Source of the DNA: Adineta vaga
Taxonomy: Eukaryota > Animalia > Rotifera
Assembly (NCBI GenBank): GCA_021613535.1
Contig: CP075493.1
Span: 2,542,001-2,606,000, forward strand
Reading direction: 5' to 3'
DNA: 64,000 bases
Shown: positions 12,610 through 26,254 of the stretch, one piece after another
Layout of the letters: the number at the start of each line of letters is the position of its first letter
Position numbering within the stretch: position 1 is the first letter of the stretch
Notes under the pieces: model-generated
Databases searched by the model: none
Told to the model about the DNA's origin: nothing
The model's input: only the letters and a program-made list of their open reading frames with translations
Program-made: the position numbers and the translations under genes

Positions 12610-15600
12610 ATAATAATTGAAAAAAGATAAGTATAACTCTAGACAAAAACTCGTATATTTTATGAACTTTTTTCTCACTTCGTTATGTTCTGTGGTCTGC
12701 AGAAACTGTGAACACGAAAACAACTTACTACTGGATATACCTGCTCATTGATTGTGGAAATATTTCTATTTAGTCGTAAATATGAACAGCTCATGACATT
12801 CTGACTAAACTCCGATTGAAGTTATCGTTGACTTACGTCGTTCGGTGCAAATACTCTACAAGATTACTTATCGAAAGCGTATTGCTTATAACAAGCATGC
12901 ATTTTCTAGATATTCGTAGATGAATTTTTTATTTCTTCCTTACGTATTCGTTATTGAATATATTTCAGATGAGGTAAGCATACGCTCGACTCAATAATTA
13001 AGTTGCCATATTTCAATAGCTGAGAAAATAAAAACAGAGTCGATATTTAATCAAAGTAGTCTCTACTCATGAATCACTTGTTTTTATGGCATTAGTGAAT
13101 TTTAATATAAAGAAGGATGAAAAAAAATACAAGAAGAAAGCCGACGCGAACAATTTCAATAAACGTTCACCCAAGGGGGAAAAAGCGAATTATTAATTAG
13201 ATTTGATTATAATTGATTAGGAATGATTCGAGAGTTGAACAAGTGATTTCTATTATTTCAGGTAACTATAATTCTTTACCTGCATTAAAAGTGCAGAACA
13301 AAATCAGTGACTTTAACAGGTTTGTAAGCTGTTTTGTCATCAAAAGCTGTTATCTCTGTCAAAAGGTTCTGAAAGCTCTACCTAAAGTCTTTTGTAATAT
13401 TTTTTTAATTTCTGTATTTGAATAAGATATTATTGAAGATGCCAACAACTTTATGTATTTATTATATCAAGATGAATTTCATACAAAACAAGAGAATGAA
13501 TTAATTATTGTTTTGATGTTTGAATAACTCGTGTCAATCGATCGGTACACAAGCTATTACTGTCTTGTGTCAGAAGATAACACGCAGTAGATTTGTGTAA
13601 AAACTTATTCGTGTCATTGATTTTGATCTTAAAATATGTTCTCTCCCGATCAACAGGCACTTTATCTTTAATATTAAAACCAAGAAAAATAAAATTTTAG
13701 AAACATGTGAACAAGTAAATTATATCCGATATAGTCAGATATATGAATAAATTACTTGTTGAAACTGTACGAATAGTTCGACAGAGAAATATTATAATAC
13801 TTGAAATATGACCAAAGAAAAAGATTTATATGCAGAAATGTAAGATTTGATGAACTAAAGTTTGGGGATGGACGCATATCCACCAGCACCACCATCTGAA
13901 AAAGCAGTATTATTACTTATATTGCTATTCATCTATACTCGTAGATATGTTGTAAATATGAAAATAATAACGAATATTTCTCATTATTCATTATCACAAA
14001 TCGCTGATTTAAACAAAACCTGTTATTTTTTTAAAAGATAACAATGATCTATCTTTATAATTAAATTTGTTTATAATAAGTTGATTCCGGAAAATCTCGA
14101 CTTGCTGATCAAATACAAAAATGTTTTTGAATTTTTCTGTGTTTTGACATATCAGACATTTTTACCCTCGATAAACTTCTTCGGTTATTTGTGACAGATG
14201 TTGATTAAAGAATAATTAATATCCGTTTTGACTTTTGATTTTTGACTGATGAAATTTTTTAATGCGAATGTTCGGGTAGTTAGATATTTTTCGGTGTTGA
14301 GTTGTGTACTATAATGAGATTTTTTCGGGTTGAATAAGCTGCCTATCACAAATTTGATAGAGGTTTGTGTAAATAATGCGATCCAATGTATTATATGTTG
14401 ACCGATTGTATAGAGCAAAACTGGATAAGTGAAATGATTAGTGGAAAATATGGTAAGGAAAAAAGTAGGAAGAGTGGAGAAGTCGGTTCGTGCAGGGAGC
14501 AACATCCTGGAGGGATGTCGACGAACGACTAGCCAGTTAGCTGTATATTCAATAGAAATTTGGCTTTATTGCGGCTAGTTAAAGATATTTGAGAATGACT
14601 GAGGTTAATTAAATTTGGTTATCATAAAATATTATACAGCTATCATTCGATTAAGAAAATGTTATTGGAACTTGATGCTATCAGATGTGTTAGGATACGT
14701 AATATTTTATTATGAAATTAAGATTATGACACTCAGATTTCAGTTAGTCAGCTTTTTTGAAATCTTGTTCCACCTAAAAAGGATAAACTTGCATTTACGT
14801 ATATAGATACATTCAATCGAGAGTATGCGAGTGACAACTATGAGTGTTACTTGTTCTTCCATAAATCTGCAAAATTTTTTCAGCTGGAATAAATGTTAAA
14901 AGATAGGAAGAATAATATTTCAACAGAGTAAGAACGACGATACTTTTTTTATTGATCTGATTAGCTAGAAGTGCCAAAATATATGTTGATCTTAAGGCAG
15001 AAGACAAAGAAGATTGATATCTCATATAAGTATTTATATTTTATGAATAGGACAAGAAACACCATTCAGTGCATCCTAAAAAATGACGTATTTTACCGCA
15101 CTATAAAAGAAATTCCATGGACCTCTCAAAAGAATCGAAAAATATCCAAAGCCTAAAAAGAAGAGTGATAATATAGAAGACTCTTAAAAGATTTCGTCGA
15201 TTTTTTATTGCGTATATATCTTTGAACTTTTCTTCGAGATGCGACATGACGAGCACTACAAAAACTATGTAGTTGAATTTCTTTTGAGGAATTATAAGGA
15301 GATCGTTTAGACTTTAAGTAAACAATTCCTCCGTACCAGGTTGCATTTTTCTCATGTAACCTGGAAATAGATTCATGAAGCTCTTGTAGAACTTTTAACG
15401 GCATAAATTTTTAACAAAGATTCAATATTTTATCATCCTTGAAATCAAGGTATATGAAAAATAGAAAGATTTTCGAAAAAATCCTCATCCATTTCGTGAA
15501 GAAGATATCGAAGCGTTACAAAAGTTAACATGTGCAAAAGTTTTTTTCCATATTTCACTCACGAATGAAAGGAGAAGGACAGATTGATGAATTACCTAGA

Positions 15601-16776
15601 GATTATCTTTAAGAGTGTACTTAACAACAAATTGAAAATTATTATAAAGATTGTCTCGAAGAATATTCTAATTAATCATAACAAGAATGTTTTAGAAACA
15701 AAAACGAATTTTTTATGATTAAATCTTGTTCATTTATATTTATCGATTCAAATAACTTTCCTTAACTAATTCTTTTTTTTTCACATTTTTTGTCAATGGA
15801 TTATTTCTTCGATACGTAGGAAAAGGTTTCTAGTGTCGTCTAATGATATCTCGAAAGATTTTCTGTAGAAAAAAACAATTTTTCAAATTACTATATTCTT
15901 TCAAATAAAAAGCTTTTAAATATGATAATCTACCGAATGAACTTTTATTTAGTAGATAATTATTGATATCAATGTCTTATTAGTCTTGAATCAATTAGAT
16001 TATATAGATAAGTTCGATACACCTACATTCATCAAGATATTTCAGAGTAAGCAAAATTAAACGAATGTTATCTTTGATTGATTGACAATGCGTCTGCTGT
16101 ATGTTGATAGAAATTTTATCGAGTAGAAAAAATAGATTAAAAAAATTCAGATTTTCTGGACTTATGATAGCAACAGTATTCATTAGTTTCCTCAGATATG
16201 CAAGAAGAAAGAACTCTAAACATCATTTTGTTAAGTCTTCTAAATGATCTTTTATTAGTCGAAAACACTAAAACATAATCAACATATGTTAACTATTGTT
16301 TATTATTCCAGAGTGTTACAACGACTAAGAGGCATAGTTGCGTTAATGATCTTGACTGTTATTATCATCATTAAGTTTGATAAATGAAACGAAACATTAG
16401 TTGACAAGTCCATTCATACGAGTAAGATTGCCTTTTTTCAATATTTATTATTCTGTTTTGGTGTCGAAAAAAAGAAGAGAAAGAAAACAACAAGTAACGA
16501 TAGATACAATGAAAATATTCGATGTGATGATTTACTGTTCTTATCTATCAGCACGGTAAGACATAGTACTAATAACAACAACATCTGCCCTACTCTTATC
16601 CTTCGTTCTTGTTGATAGCAAACCGTTCTTGTCAAGAAAAGCTTGAAATAGCTTGCCCATGTTTTTCTTTGTTTCCAAGAAATATATTTTCTCAAATATG
16701 TCATAACGACGCGCGTTTATACACATCAAATGAGTCCTATATTCTTTTGGGTACAATCCTATTAGGTTACAGTACA

Positions 16777-19700
16777 ATTCTGCAAGATGGTGAGTTGTGA
16801 TAATGAAATGAAACACGAGTTACTCTTTTGTTTTAATTTTCTTATTTAGACTAACACACCATATTTAGTTACACATTTTATGGTTAGTGGAGCTGAAAAA
16901 TGTTTGGGCGATTATCATTACATACGAAATACTATTGATACAGTTAGTTGAAACGCATGTAACATTTGAACAATGATATGACATATCTATTTGTATGACT
17001 GTAGATTCAAGGACAAGAAGAACAATTAAATCGTATTTTACGTATGTTAAATCAAGATGACGCATCTCTCCATTGGCATATTGATACAACTGCGGAACGA
17101 TCGCGATTAAATTCACGATCGTATAATTTTGATCGATCATGTTTACCAGGAAATATTGCTTATTTACGTCTTCGAGAGAGAGAACAGCAAGATTTGAAAA
17201 AACGATCAACATCAATGTATTCAAATCCTCGTCCTTACGAACGTCGACGACGAATAAGTGAACTAGGTAATAATTCTCTCATGTCGAAGTATACTACTCG
17301 ACAGAATCTAGGAGAACAAAGTACTAATTCACCATGGTCGAATTCTATCATTCGACAACGCGTAAGTGAACAGGATACTGACTTTGTCATGTCGAAGTTT
17401 GCAACTCGACAGCAAAGGCGAGACGAAAGCACTGATTCTTTAGTTTCAAATTCTGCCCTCGCTCGACAAAGAATCAGTTCACAAGCGACTGATTCTTTGT
17501 TATATGATACTAAAACTCGACGACGAACAAAAGAGCAAGAAATTGATGATCTGTTGTCAAATTCTACTTCTCGACAAAACATCAATGAACAAGATACTGA
17601 TCCTCTATCATCAAATTCTACGACTCGAAAACGAATCAATGAACAAAACAATGGATCTCTCAAGTCTAACTTGACTACTCAACAAGGAAATAATGAACAA
17701 GGTTCTGATCCTCTTCTGTCAGCTTGTATTACTCAACAAAAAAATAGCAAACAAGGTAAGGCTCCGTCGTCATCAAAATCGATTACTCAACAGGGAAGTG
17801 ATGAACCTGGTTCTGACCCTCTTCTATCGGATTCTATTATTCAACAAAAAAATAGCAAACAAGACAATGTTGCACTGTCATCAAAATCTACTATTCAACA
17901 GCAAAAGAATGAACCAAGCACTGATTCTCTACTATCAAAAGCTGCTACGGAACAACGTGCTTTAGTCAAAGACGATGCAAACAAAAAAATCAAAGAAATA
18001 TCTACTAAAGAAATATCAGTTGAGGCTGATAAAAAACAAGAACAAGATTCAGAGGTAAAAAATCGAGAAACAAAACCATCAAATACTAAATCAAAAGGTA
18101 TGTACAGGATGTTGAAAAAAACGGCACACAAGCACATTCATCTTGTATTTGAATTCACACCGACCTGTTCACTTGTTGTTTTATATTTTCGATAATATCA
18201 CCTACATTGTTTTTAACGATTTGATTCTCTAATCTTTTCATTACATTAAAAATCATTATTTCATTTCTTATAGGATCAAATCAAGCTGATGACGATGATA
18301 AAAATCTTAAATTTCAAGTTAACAATTCGGTATCATTTACTACTCATTATGAAGAACGTTCATCATCATCTAAGAAGAATCCGGAAGATCAAGATTCTCT
18401 TGGTTTTCTTGTTTGTGAATGGTCAACACCGAAATCATCATCTACTGTGGATTATTATACTATTGAACGTCAATTCGGAAATGAAGAATGGTTACCTTAT
18501 GGAGAGAAAATCGATAACGTAGAGAACCGTACAGAATTAGGTCTTTCATCATTACTTTCGGATCAAACAAATGAAAATACTCCATCGAGTTTTCGTCTAA
18601 AAGCTCATCTTAAGACTGGAAAAACATGGACAAGTAAACCAACCGATGAAATAAATATAGATTCATTAGCCAGTGGTCGATTTATAAAACCTGATGTTGA
18701 AATTCTTTCACCTAAATCTGTTCAATTAACATGGGAACCTAAAGGTGATGAAAAAGCAACGAAATATATTATTGAAAAGAAAGAAATACAAGAAAAACAA
18801 TGGAAAAAAGTTTCGAAAGTTTCATTATTACAAGGTGTAGCTCAAGTTAATGATTTAATCGATGCTGAACAATGTCAATTTCGTTTAGTACCATCAAAAA
18901 CAGGTAAGATCAAGTTCAATAATATCTTTATCCTCGAGAAAAATTTCATCTATTTTATTCTATATAGAAGATGAAAATGAATCAGACTTATTAACCGTAC
19001 AAAATGTTAATGAATGGCTTAGTTCATTACATCTCGAACCAATGTCAGCAAATATCGTTGATATTGATATATCAGAAGAAGGTTTCAAACAATTTGATCA
19101 ATATAAAGTTGAATATGCAGCAATAGATCAACCAAATGAATGGAAACAAGTATGTTTCTAAAGAATATAAGAAGTCGAATGAAAAAAAACAACTAATCCA
19201 ATGTTTTTTTCCAGGTTTCAAATATCACCCGTGAAGCTCCTCATTTAACAGTTGATAAATTAAAAGCAGGAGTTGATTATAAATTTCGATTAACGCCAAT
19301 TTTACGTGGTTCAATAACACCAATCAAAGATGCTCTTTCATCTCAACTTTCACTTGTTCTCGATGTCAAAATGCCATTAACACGCAAAGGACGATGTTCG
19401 TTTTCAATTTTGTTTATCTATCTGATTTTCTTTTTCAAATTTTAGTAATGAAAAATGAAATTAAATCAACTGCACCTCCAACACAATTTGCTGTTCATCA
19501 AACAGATCCTAAAACTGTTTTTATCGAAGCTATTCTTCCATCAAATAAACCTGCTCTATTTGATGATATTTTTGATGTTTATTCAAAGAAAGATATTCTC
19601 GATGATGATTGGGTCAAAGTATGTAGATAAATTTACTCGACTGTTTTTCAATTTCTTCAAATACTTTTTTCAAAGGTCGGAACAATAGATAAAGATCATT

Positions 19701-20954
19701 TGAGTATGACAGTAAAGAATCTTTCAGAAAATACAGCATATACTTTTAAAATTCATAATCAATCAACACCATTATCAGATGATCAGACTAATATCGTACA
19801 AGAATTTAACTTTGAAACAGCATCAGGTAAGAGAATTTGTTCTGTCGAAATATAGTCAAGAGTTTTCTATCAATATTTTAGTTAAACTTTATGATCCATC
19901 GATATTTTTGGAAAAAGTTGAACAAACTCTCGAAAATGTTGTTAATGGAGTAATGCAAGCAGGTAGGATCATGTCTGAAAATCTTCCAAGTAGAAATATC
20001 GAACTAGTTTTGTGACATAGAAAGAAAAGCTTGATAATTGTTTGGAAATGTCAGACTTGATGTACGAATGATGATTGATGACATGTACCAAATTGTTATG
20101 AAAGGCATGTCTAATAGAATTAGTTTAAGATCATTGATCCGATTGTTTATAAAAGAAAACAAATGAAAGAAAAATATTCTTGTATTTTTACAGATGCTTT
20201 GACATTCGGAAGAAGATTTATTATAAACAACATAATTAAGTTAGTATGGCGACTGTAAAATGTTTCAATCCAACGATATTTAATGAATATTCTCTTCATT
20301 GATAAAAAAAGAAACGTTCATTTATATATGTAAACTTAGAACTAGAACACATAAGATAGTTAAATATCAAGAACTTAAGTAACTAAATCTAATTATTAGA
20401 GATTGTGAAAAGCGAAATATAAAACCTGAATTTCAAATAATAAGAAGATTAATTTTCTTCTATATTTAGCTGCTGGCCATCAAACAGTTGAAGATCCAGT
20501 AAATCTTAGTTTGAATGATGTTATACGAAAACTTTTTCGTGATGAAAATCTTGTACCTAATGAACAATATGGTTTTGATACATTAGCATTGAGTGAAGAT
20601 TTACAATTATTTCATGGTCCAAAACAAATGATGTTACAAGAATTAAATGAGAATAAAACAACTGAATTTTTGAAACAAGATGGAGAAATTATTATTCATA
20701 ATTATCGACAAACATCACGAGAACAACAACCTGTAATTGTTCGAGAAGAAAATGGTAATACACGTATTGGAAATATTGATGGTGATGTTATTGTACGAAA
20801 TGTAATTACAGATGTTTTATTAACAAATGAAGACAAACGTAATCAATTATCGATGAATATTGTTGGACAAGCTTTTCTAAAACGTGTCCAAGGAACATTA
20901 ATTGCATCGAAATTTAAAGGAATTATTGTTGTGAAAAATGTAGATAAACCATAA
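16777..20954 (+). CDS. Multi-exon protein with an 18-aa tandem-repeat region and several fibronectin type III domains (true start uncertain, upstream)
   Basis: Spliceable exons. FN3 signatures: CEWSTPK...DYYTIER...EEW, SVQLTWEP...KYIIEKKE...W, VDKLKAGVDYKFRL, VKNLSENTAYTFKI. Last exon ends at 20954. Confidence 0.7.
17257..17961 (+). repeat. Coding tandem repeat, ~13 x 54 nt (18 aa)
   Basis: Units such as NEQDTDPLSSNSTTRKRI, KEQEIDDLLSNSTSRQNI and SEQDTDFVMSKFATRQQR. Confidence 0.85.
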
Positions 20955-21192
20955 GAAAAACAAGAAGTTCAATATATATTTGTTTTTCTTCTCCTTATTA
21001 TATTCTTCAGAAAAAATAATTCGAGTAGAGCTAGTAAAGTAAACAGTTCATTTAATATTATACAGACGTTAATAGTTTTAATCGAACTGTACTTGATTGA
21101 CCATTTTTGTCTTTTGATGAAGTAGATTCTGAATAAAACAAAAAAAAAGCTTAATACAAATTCAAGAACATCTTTCATTTAATATCTACCAC

Positions 21193-22626
21193 TTATTTTA
21201 AGTGTTTTCTTTTTTTGACCTATGAATGTCAAACAAAATTGTGAATTTATGAGAATATAAACAAGTGGATTAAAATAAATTGATGATTTAGCAAAGATTC
21301 CTATTTCAAAAGACGATAGAACGGATCATAACAAGAGAAAATCAACGTACCGGGTAAAGTTGCGCCTAATGGGGAAATTAATGTTGGAGAAAGAAAAGAT
21401 GAAATAAATACAACAACTGCATATGGTGTCCACGCAACGACAAATGTGACTAAACATAATAAGAAATATGCGTTCTTCATTATATTATTAAAGTTGGCTT
21501 CAGTTAATATCAGAGTGGTTTTTCATTATATAGATCAGAATTAATAAGCACGAAGCTTCATTAAATATTATACTTTAATTACATACTGACATGCACAACT
21601 ATCTGAAGATCATTGGGTAAAAGAATAAAATACTTACTAATTATAAGAAAAATAGACTTTGCTACGCGTTGTTCAATTTTATGCTTTCGACGAGTTCGAT
21701 TTAATATTGCAAATTTTTTCCATGACATAGTTTGTTTCGATACACAATGCACCTATAATATGAATAAAATTTTTGGGTAGAAGAACTTTTGCAAATACGC
21801 TTTCCTTACGTGAAGATATATCTTTGTATTGCAATACAACATAATACATAATGGTATGATATACGCAAAAGTAAACATCATTATATTGTAGCTAACAACA
21901 TTTATTGTTCGATCTTGCCAATGAATTGAACAAGATGTTAGTACACCTTCTAATGTATAATCATTCCTAAATAATTACAGAGTTTTTCGTAGAGTATATC
22001 TAGAGAATCGTGTTCATTACCAGCCAAAGACAGGTGCAATCGCCCAAAAGAAACTTCCTAAGATTGCTATAACTATCGATATATGAGCCGTTTGTGAATT
22101 GATATATTTGAATTTAGCTGATGTAACAATCATCCAATATCTTAACAGATCATCATTAACAAAAAAGAAAACAACATATATGTTATTTCATACCGATTCA
22201 ATGATAAAGCTGTTAATATATAGAGTCCAATCATTCCAACAAAATACGCCATAAAACCTTCAAAATAACATGGATATTTTCCATATAACCATCTAAATAT
22301 CAAGTAAAGCATTAACCAAAATTTTATTTTGTTTCTTACCGACAAGCTAAATTAGAAGTCATAGATAATGGAATTCCAAACAGAGCATGACTTAAATCTG
22401 CCGATGATAAAACAATCATAAATATATCAACTGGTGTTTGAGAGTGACTTTTTTTCAAAAGAGTATAAAGAATAATTCCATTAAGAAAAATACCAAAAAT
22501 GAATACTAAACATAGATAACCACCAATCCATTTCAATGTATAACAAGATGCTAAAGCAGGCCGTGTCCATTGATTGTCATTCAATGTTTGAACAGTATCA
22601 AACAAAAGCAAGGATTGATTCAACAT
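21193..22626 (-). CDS. Opsin (xenopsin/c-opsin-like), 7 exons
   Basis: Spliced 7TM: NGIIL...ADL...CYFEGF...LSLNRY...GWNDYTLEGVLTSCSIHW...AWTPYA...FAKSSIYFNPLVYILINSQF, with the retinal-binding Lys296 equivalent. Confidence 0.9.
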
Positions 22627-25365
22627 TAGAAATAATCTAACTGAGATTGTTCTTATTTAATAAGAAAGAAAGAAAGAAGCGTTTCTTCAAGTTCTTTTCT
22701 TCCTTCAAAGACTAGAGAAAAGTAAGAACAAAATGACAGCAGCAAATAATTCGTGACTTCTTTATATAAATAATGATGATACTCGACTTGAACTGTCTAA
22801 CTGGCTATGTCATGGCTACATAAATACAAAATTACATCACATGTTGAAAAACCTGGCGTTTTAAAATAAGGAAGTGAGCGAGCGAGATATACATCGAACA
22901 CGTTAAATATGCATGCAAATAAAGTTATTAATCTCGACTGATTTTTTGTCATTTAATGACCTTAAAAGTCTCAAAATATATGGTTCTTTTGGTACTTCAA
23001 TATTTTATCAAGCACAAGACCGTAAATATTTCCTTCATATGAGAGCATAGAGAGTCTTTTTCATTTATAATAATGATAAATTTGAGAAACTTGAATAAAG
23101 AAACTATTAATGACATGGAAATGGAATTTAGATATATATTATATAGCCATATCCGAACGTCAATAGTAATGACGCATAAATCGACTTAAATCATTTTCTA
23201 TACGCATGAAATAAAACATTATATTACAAAGCAAAGTCAAATTTAGAATGAATTAGATATAATTTGTCTTCACGTGATTTTCCTTCTTGAATGAAAGCAT
23301 ACATGCATACATATATCTTTCCGTAGTTTTAGTGTCGATAGAGAAGAAAGCAGGTCAACGGTTTTTTTCCTTATCTATCAATGAATCTCAAATTTTAGAA
23401 AATGAACAGCAATTTTTGTTTTATAATAAGTCGTTTAGTACATGTTAAATGTATTCTATCGTAGAGTTCATGTGTATTCAGATATTTAATTGTTATTTTT
23501 ATTAATTAGTAATTGAAACGAACAAAGCCATTCAACTTACAATGAATGTTAAAATAAATGTAAGATAATGATTATAGAGTAGACGTCTCAATGATGGCGA
23601 TGTCTACTGAGGAAGTTTGTACCGCTTTAGTCGAATAAAAGTAATACAATTAGCTAGAAAATAGCAAATATTAATCAACCGTTGTACTTTTCAGTATATA
23701 TAATCAAAAGAATTTCGCATTTTATTTGAATAAAGAAATTAGATTTATGATATTACAGAAATATCTGACATGAGTACAAAGAAGAAATTCGAAAAAGTTA
23801 ATTGAAACTCAGTTATATTATCAAAGCATTATGAATGATTATTGTATTCAAACTGAAACGATACTCGAATATCTATCGGTCATATACGAAATAGTGAAAT
23901 TGTGTGTAGATCGTTTATTTCATATTCACAACGTGTTCTTGCTTCGTTTCGTGCGAATTTCAAACTTTCGACTTCTAATAATTCAACGAAACGTACCTAT
24001 ATTATATTATAAGTACAATACTACGTTTCGAAGATGATACTATCCAACTTATGAAATGAATATTTTCATTTATACATATATATTTGGATGAAAAAAAAAC
24101 CCTTTTGTATAAAAATTCTACCCTTATAGTGGAGAAATATGGAACATTTTTTGAATGTGGTACGTGTATAACCTCTTCATCTATCCGGTTCTCTAACAAG
24201 AAATATGTTTTTCATGAGTCATTTTTCAAAATAGTGACATCTACACGGAATACTTGATTATTATTGGAGAAAAATGACGTGTGTTGTAAGTGAATAACAC
24301 ATGCGTCAGAAAATGCGTAGGAAAGGTAAAAACAAAAATTACAGCTATTTCGAAAAAAAACCTATTCATTTATACGAAACAAAACTAAAAAGAAACATAC
24401 ATAATACGATCTTCACTTACAGCTAAATTAAATTAAACCGGGTGTTTTTCTATGTGTATTTCTTGGAAGGTGATCTTTATTAACGATAGCAGTTCATTTC
24501 ATATGATGTGTAATCTATCTGATGAAGATTTTTTGGTTATATGAAGAAATCGTTTTCAGGTAATTCTTCAACGAGATTCATTGACACTATCATGTCAAAT
24601 GAACAATACACTACGATAGATCTATAGTATTCGTTCGGCTTCCAAGACGATAGATACATAGAATTATAAATGTATTGCTCTCGATAACTATCATTCTCCG
24701 CTGTATATGTACGATACTTATATTCAACGGCAAGATGATATTTACCTATGTATACATACTATTTCTTACTATGGATCATCGATGTATTTATAGCACTTTA
24801 TCTATGAAAATCTATTGGCAAAGTTCTGTTCAACAATATTAAATCCTATATCATCAATTAATGCTGAATTATTGTCATCGAATGCTTTACTAAAATCAAT
24901 TTATTCTAAATCTCTTTTGACGGAGAAACATCCAGATTATTTTATTTTTATTACATTTTTATTTAAAGTAAAAAATATCATTTTCAGATTTTAGGTAAAC
25001 GGTAAGTGCATTCAAGAATATTTCAATCACTCTCTGGCACAGCCATGCAATGCTGATCTCAAGATATTTATATATGTATATATGTTTGGAATGTTAAAAT
25101 GGTTGTTAAATTGAAATGCTATATGTGGAATAGTTTTTTCTTAAAAGATATATGGAATGTGGGGTATCCTCCTACGTGCGTGCCTCTCAGTTCTTGATCA
25201 TACGTTCTCTATAAAAACATAGAAGGGTTGAGTCATCATAGTTGTTCTTTTTTTTGACTCATAAATACTTTTTCTTTTGCCTCTCTCAAACTGATGACGA
25301 AAAGAGAACTAAAAACTTTTTTCCCGTTTACTTTGGTCAGATAATCACGTCAACGTATATTCTGA

Positions 25366-25510
25366 TGACGTCGAAGAGAAAAAAAAAGAAAAGCAAAAAA
25401 AACGCGTCATATGACGTCATGCCGTCAAGATATGCTACACGGCAACCGCTTCTTCTAGCAAAAAAATCGCCCACATAGAGAACGAAAAGAAAAAGGGGAA
25501 TTTATATAAA
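25366..25510 (+). promoter_or_regulatory. CRE-containing TATA promoter of the bZIP gene
   Basis: Perfect CRE TGACGTCA at 25412-25419, near-CRE TGACGTCG at 25366, several CGTCA half-sites, and TATATAAA at 25503, about 70 bp before the ATG. Confidence 0.6.
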
Positions 25511-25580
25511 GACAACGTTATTCAATGAATACTCAATAAAGATATCATTGTATACAATCTAAATTCGAACAATTCTCATC

Positions 25581-26254
25581 ATGTGTATGAACAAAGCTCT
25601 TCCTGAAACAGCAAATTACACGCTGGTACTCCATCGATTGTTAAACTCGAACAGTATTCAATTAATTCATCGGACAATAGTCAGACATCGTTTGATGATA
25701 ATGAAATAATTGCATTTGGTCCAATTAAAGTAAAACCACGCAAGAAACCAGCACCAACATTAGCAACTGGCCGTCGATCAAAATATGAAATTTTAAATCC
25801 TGATGAAGAACAAAAACGAAATATTCGACGTGCACGTAATCGTGCTGCAGCCGAACGTGTTCGTATAAGTCGATTAACTGTCGAACAACAATTACTTAAT
25901 GAAATTCATGCATTAGAAGATAAACAAGTAAAATTATCCCAAGATGTACAAAAACTTCAACACAATAAACTTCACTTAGAAACACGACTTTTTACTCATG
26001 AACGAATGTGTTCAAATATGAATCAAAGCAATGTTTCATTAACATCTGACATCGATTTGACAACATATTTTCCAACTGATAATGTTCAATCAACTTCACA
26101 ACAATTCGATACAATATTATATGATAAAACAGGCGATCTTGATTTTGAATCACTCCTCGAATCATTAACATCAGATCAAATTCAACAAAATTTTCCTGAA
26201 TCATTATTAACTCAAATGCATATTGACGATCTCAATGATCTTCTAATGATTTAA
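25581..26254 (+). CDS. Fos/ATF3-like bZIP transcription factor (first ATG out of frame with the bZIP)
   Basis: EEQKRNIRRARNRAAAERVRISRL basic region, leucine heptads and HERMC end. Needs a 29-nt intron (25626-25654) or an indel near 25600-25650. Confidence 0.8.

Noticed and set aside
14185-15660. Short ORFs and coding-like remnants in the long intergenic gap
   Set aside because: Interrupted by stops with no recognisable motif; could be decayed gene or TE sequence but cannot be supported.
17257-17961. Periodic DNA as a possible CRISPR-like array
   Set aside because: Degenerate in-frame coding repeat with no constant repeat/unique spacer structure; eukaryotic context.
25840-25860. CTGCAGC (IRE1-type motif) in the bZIP gene, suggesting XBP1-like splicing
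   Set aside because: It simply encodes the Ala-Ala-Ala of the basic region; no paired second site, and the protein is Fos/ATF3-like.
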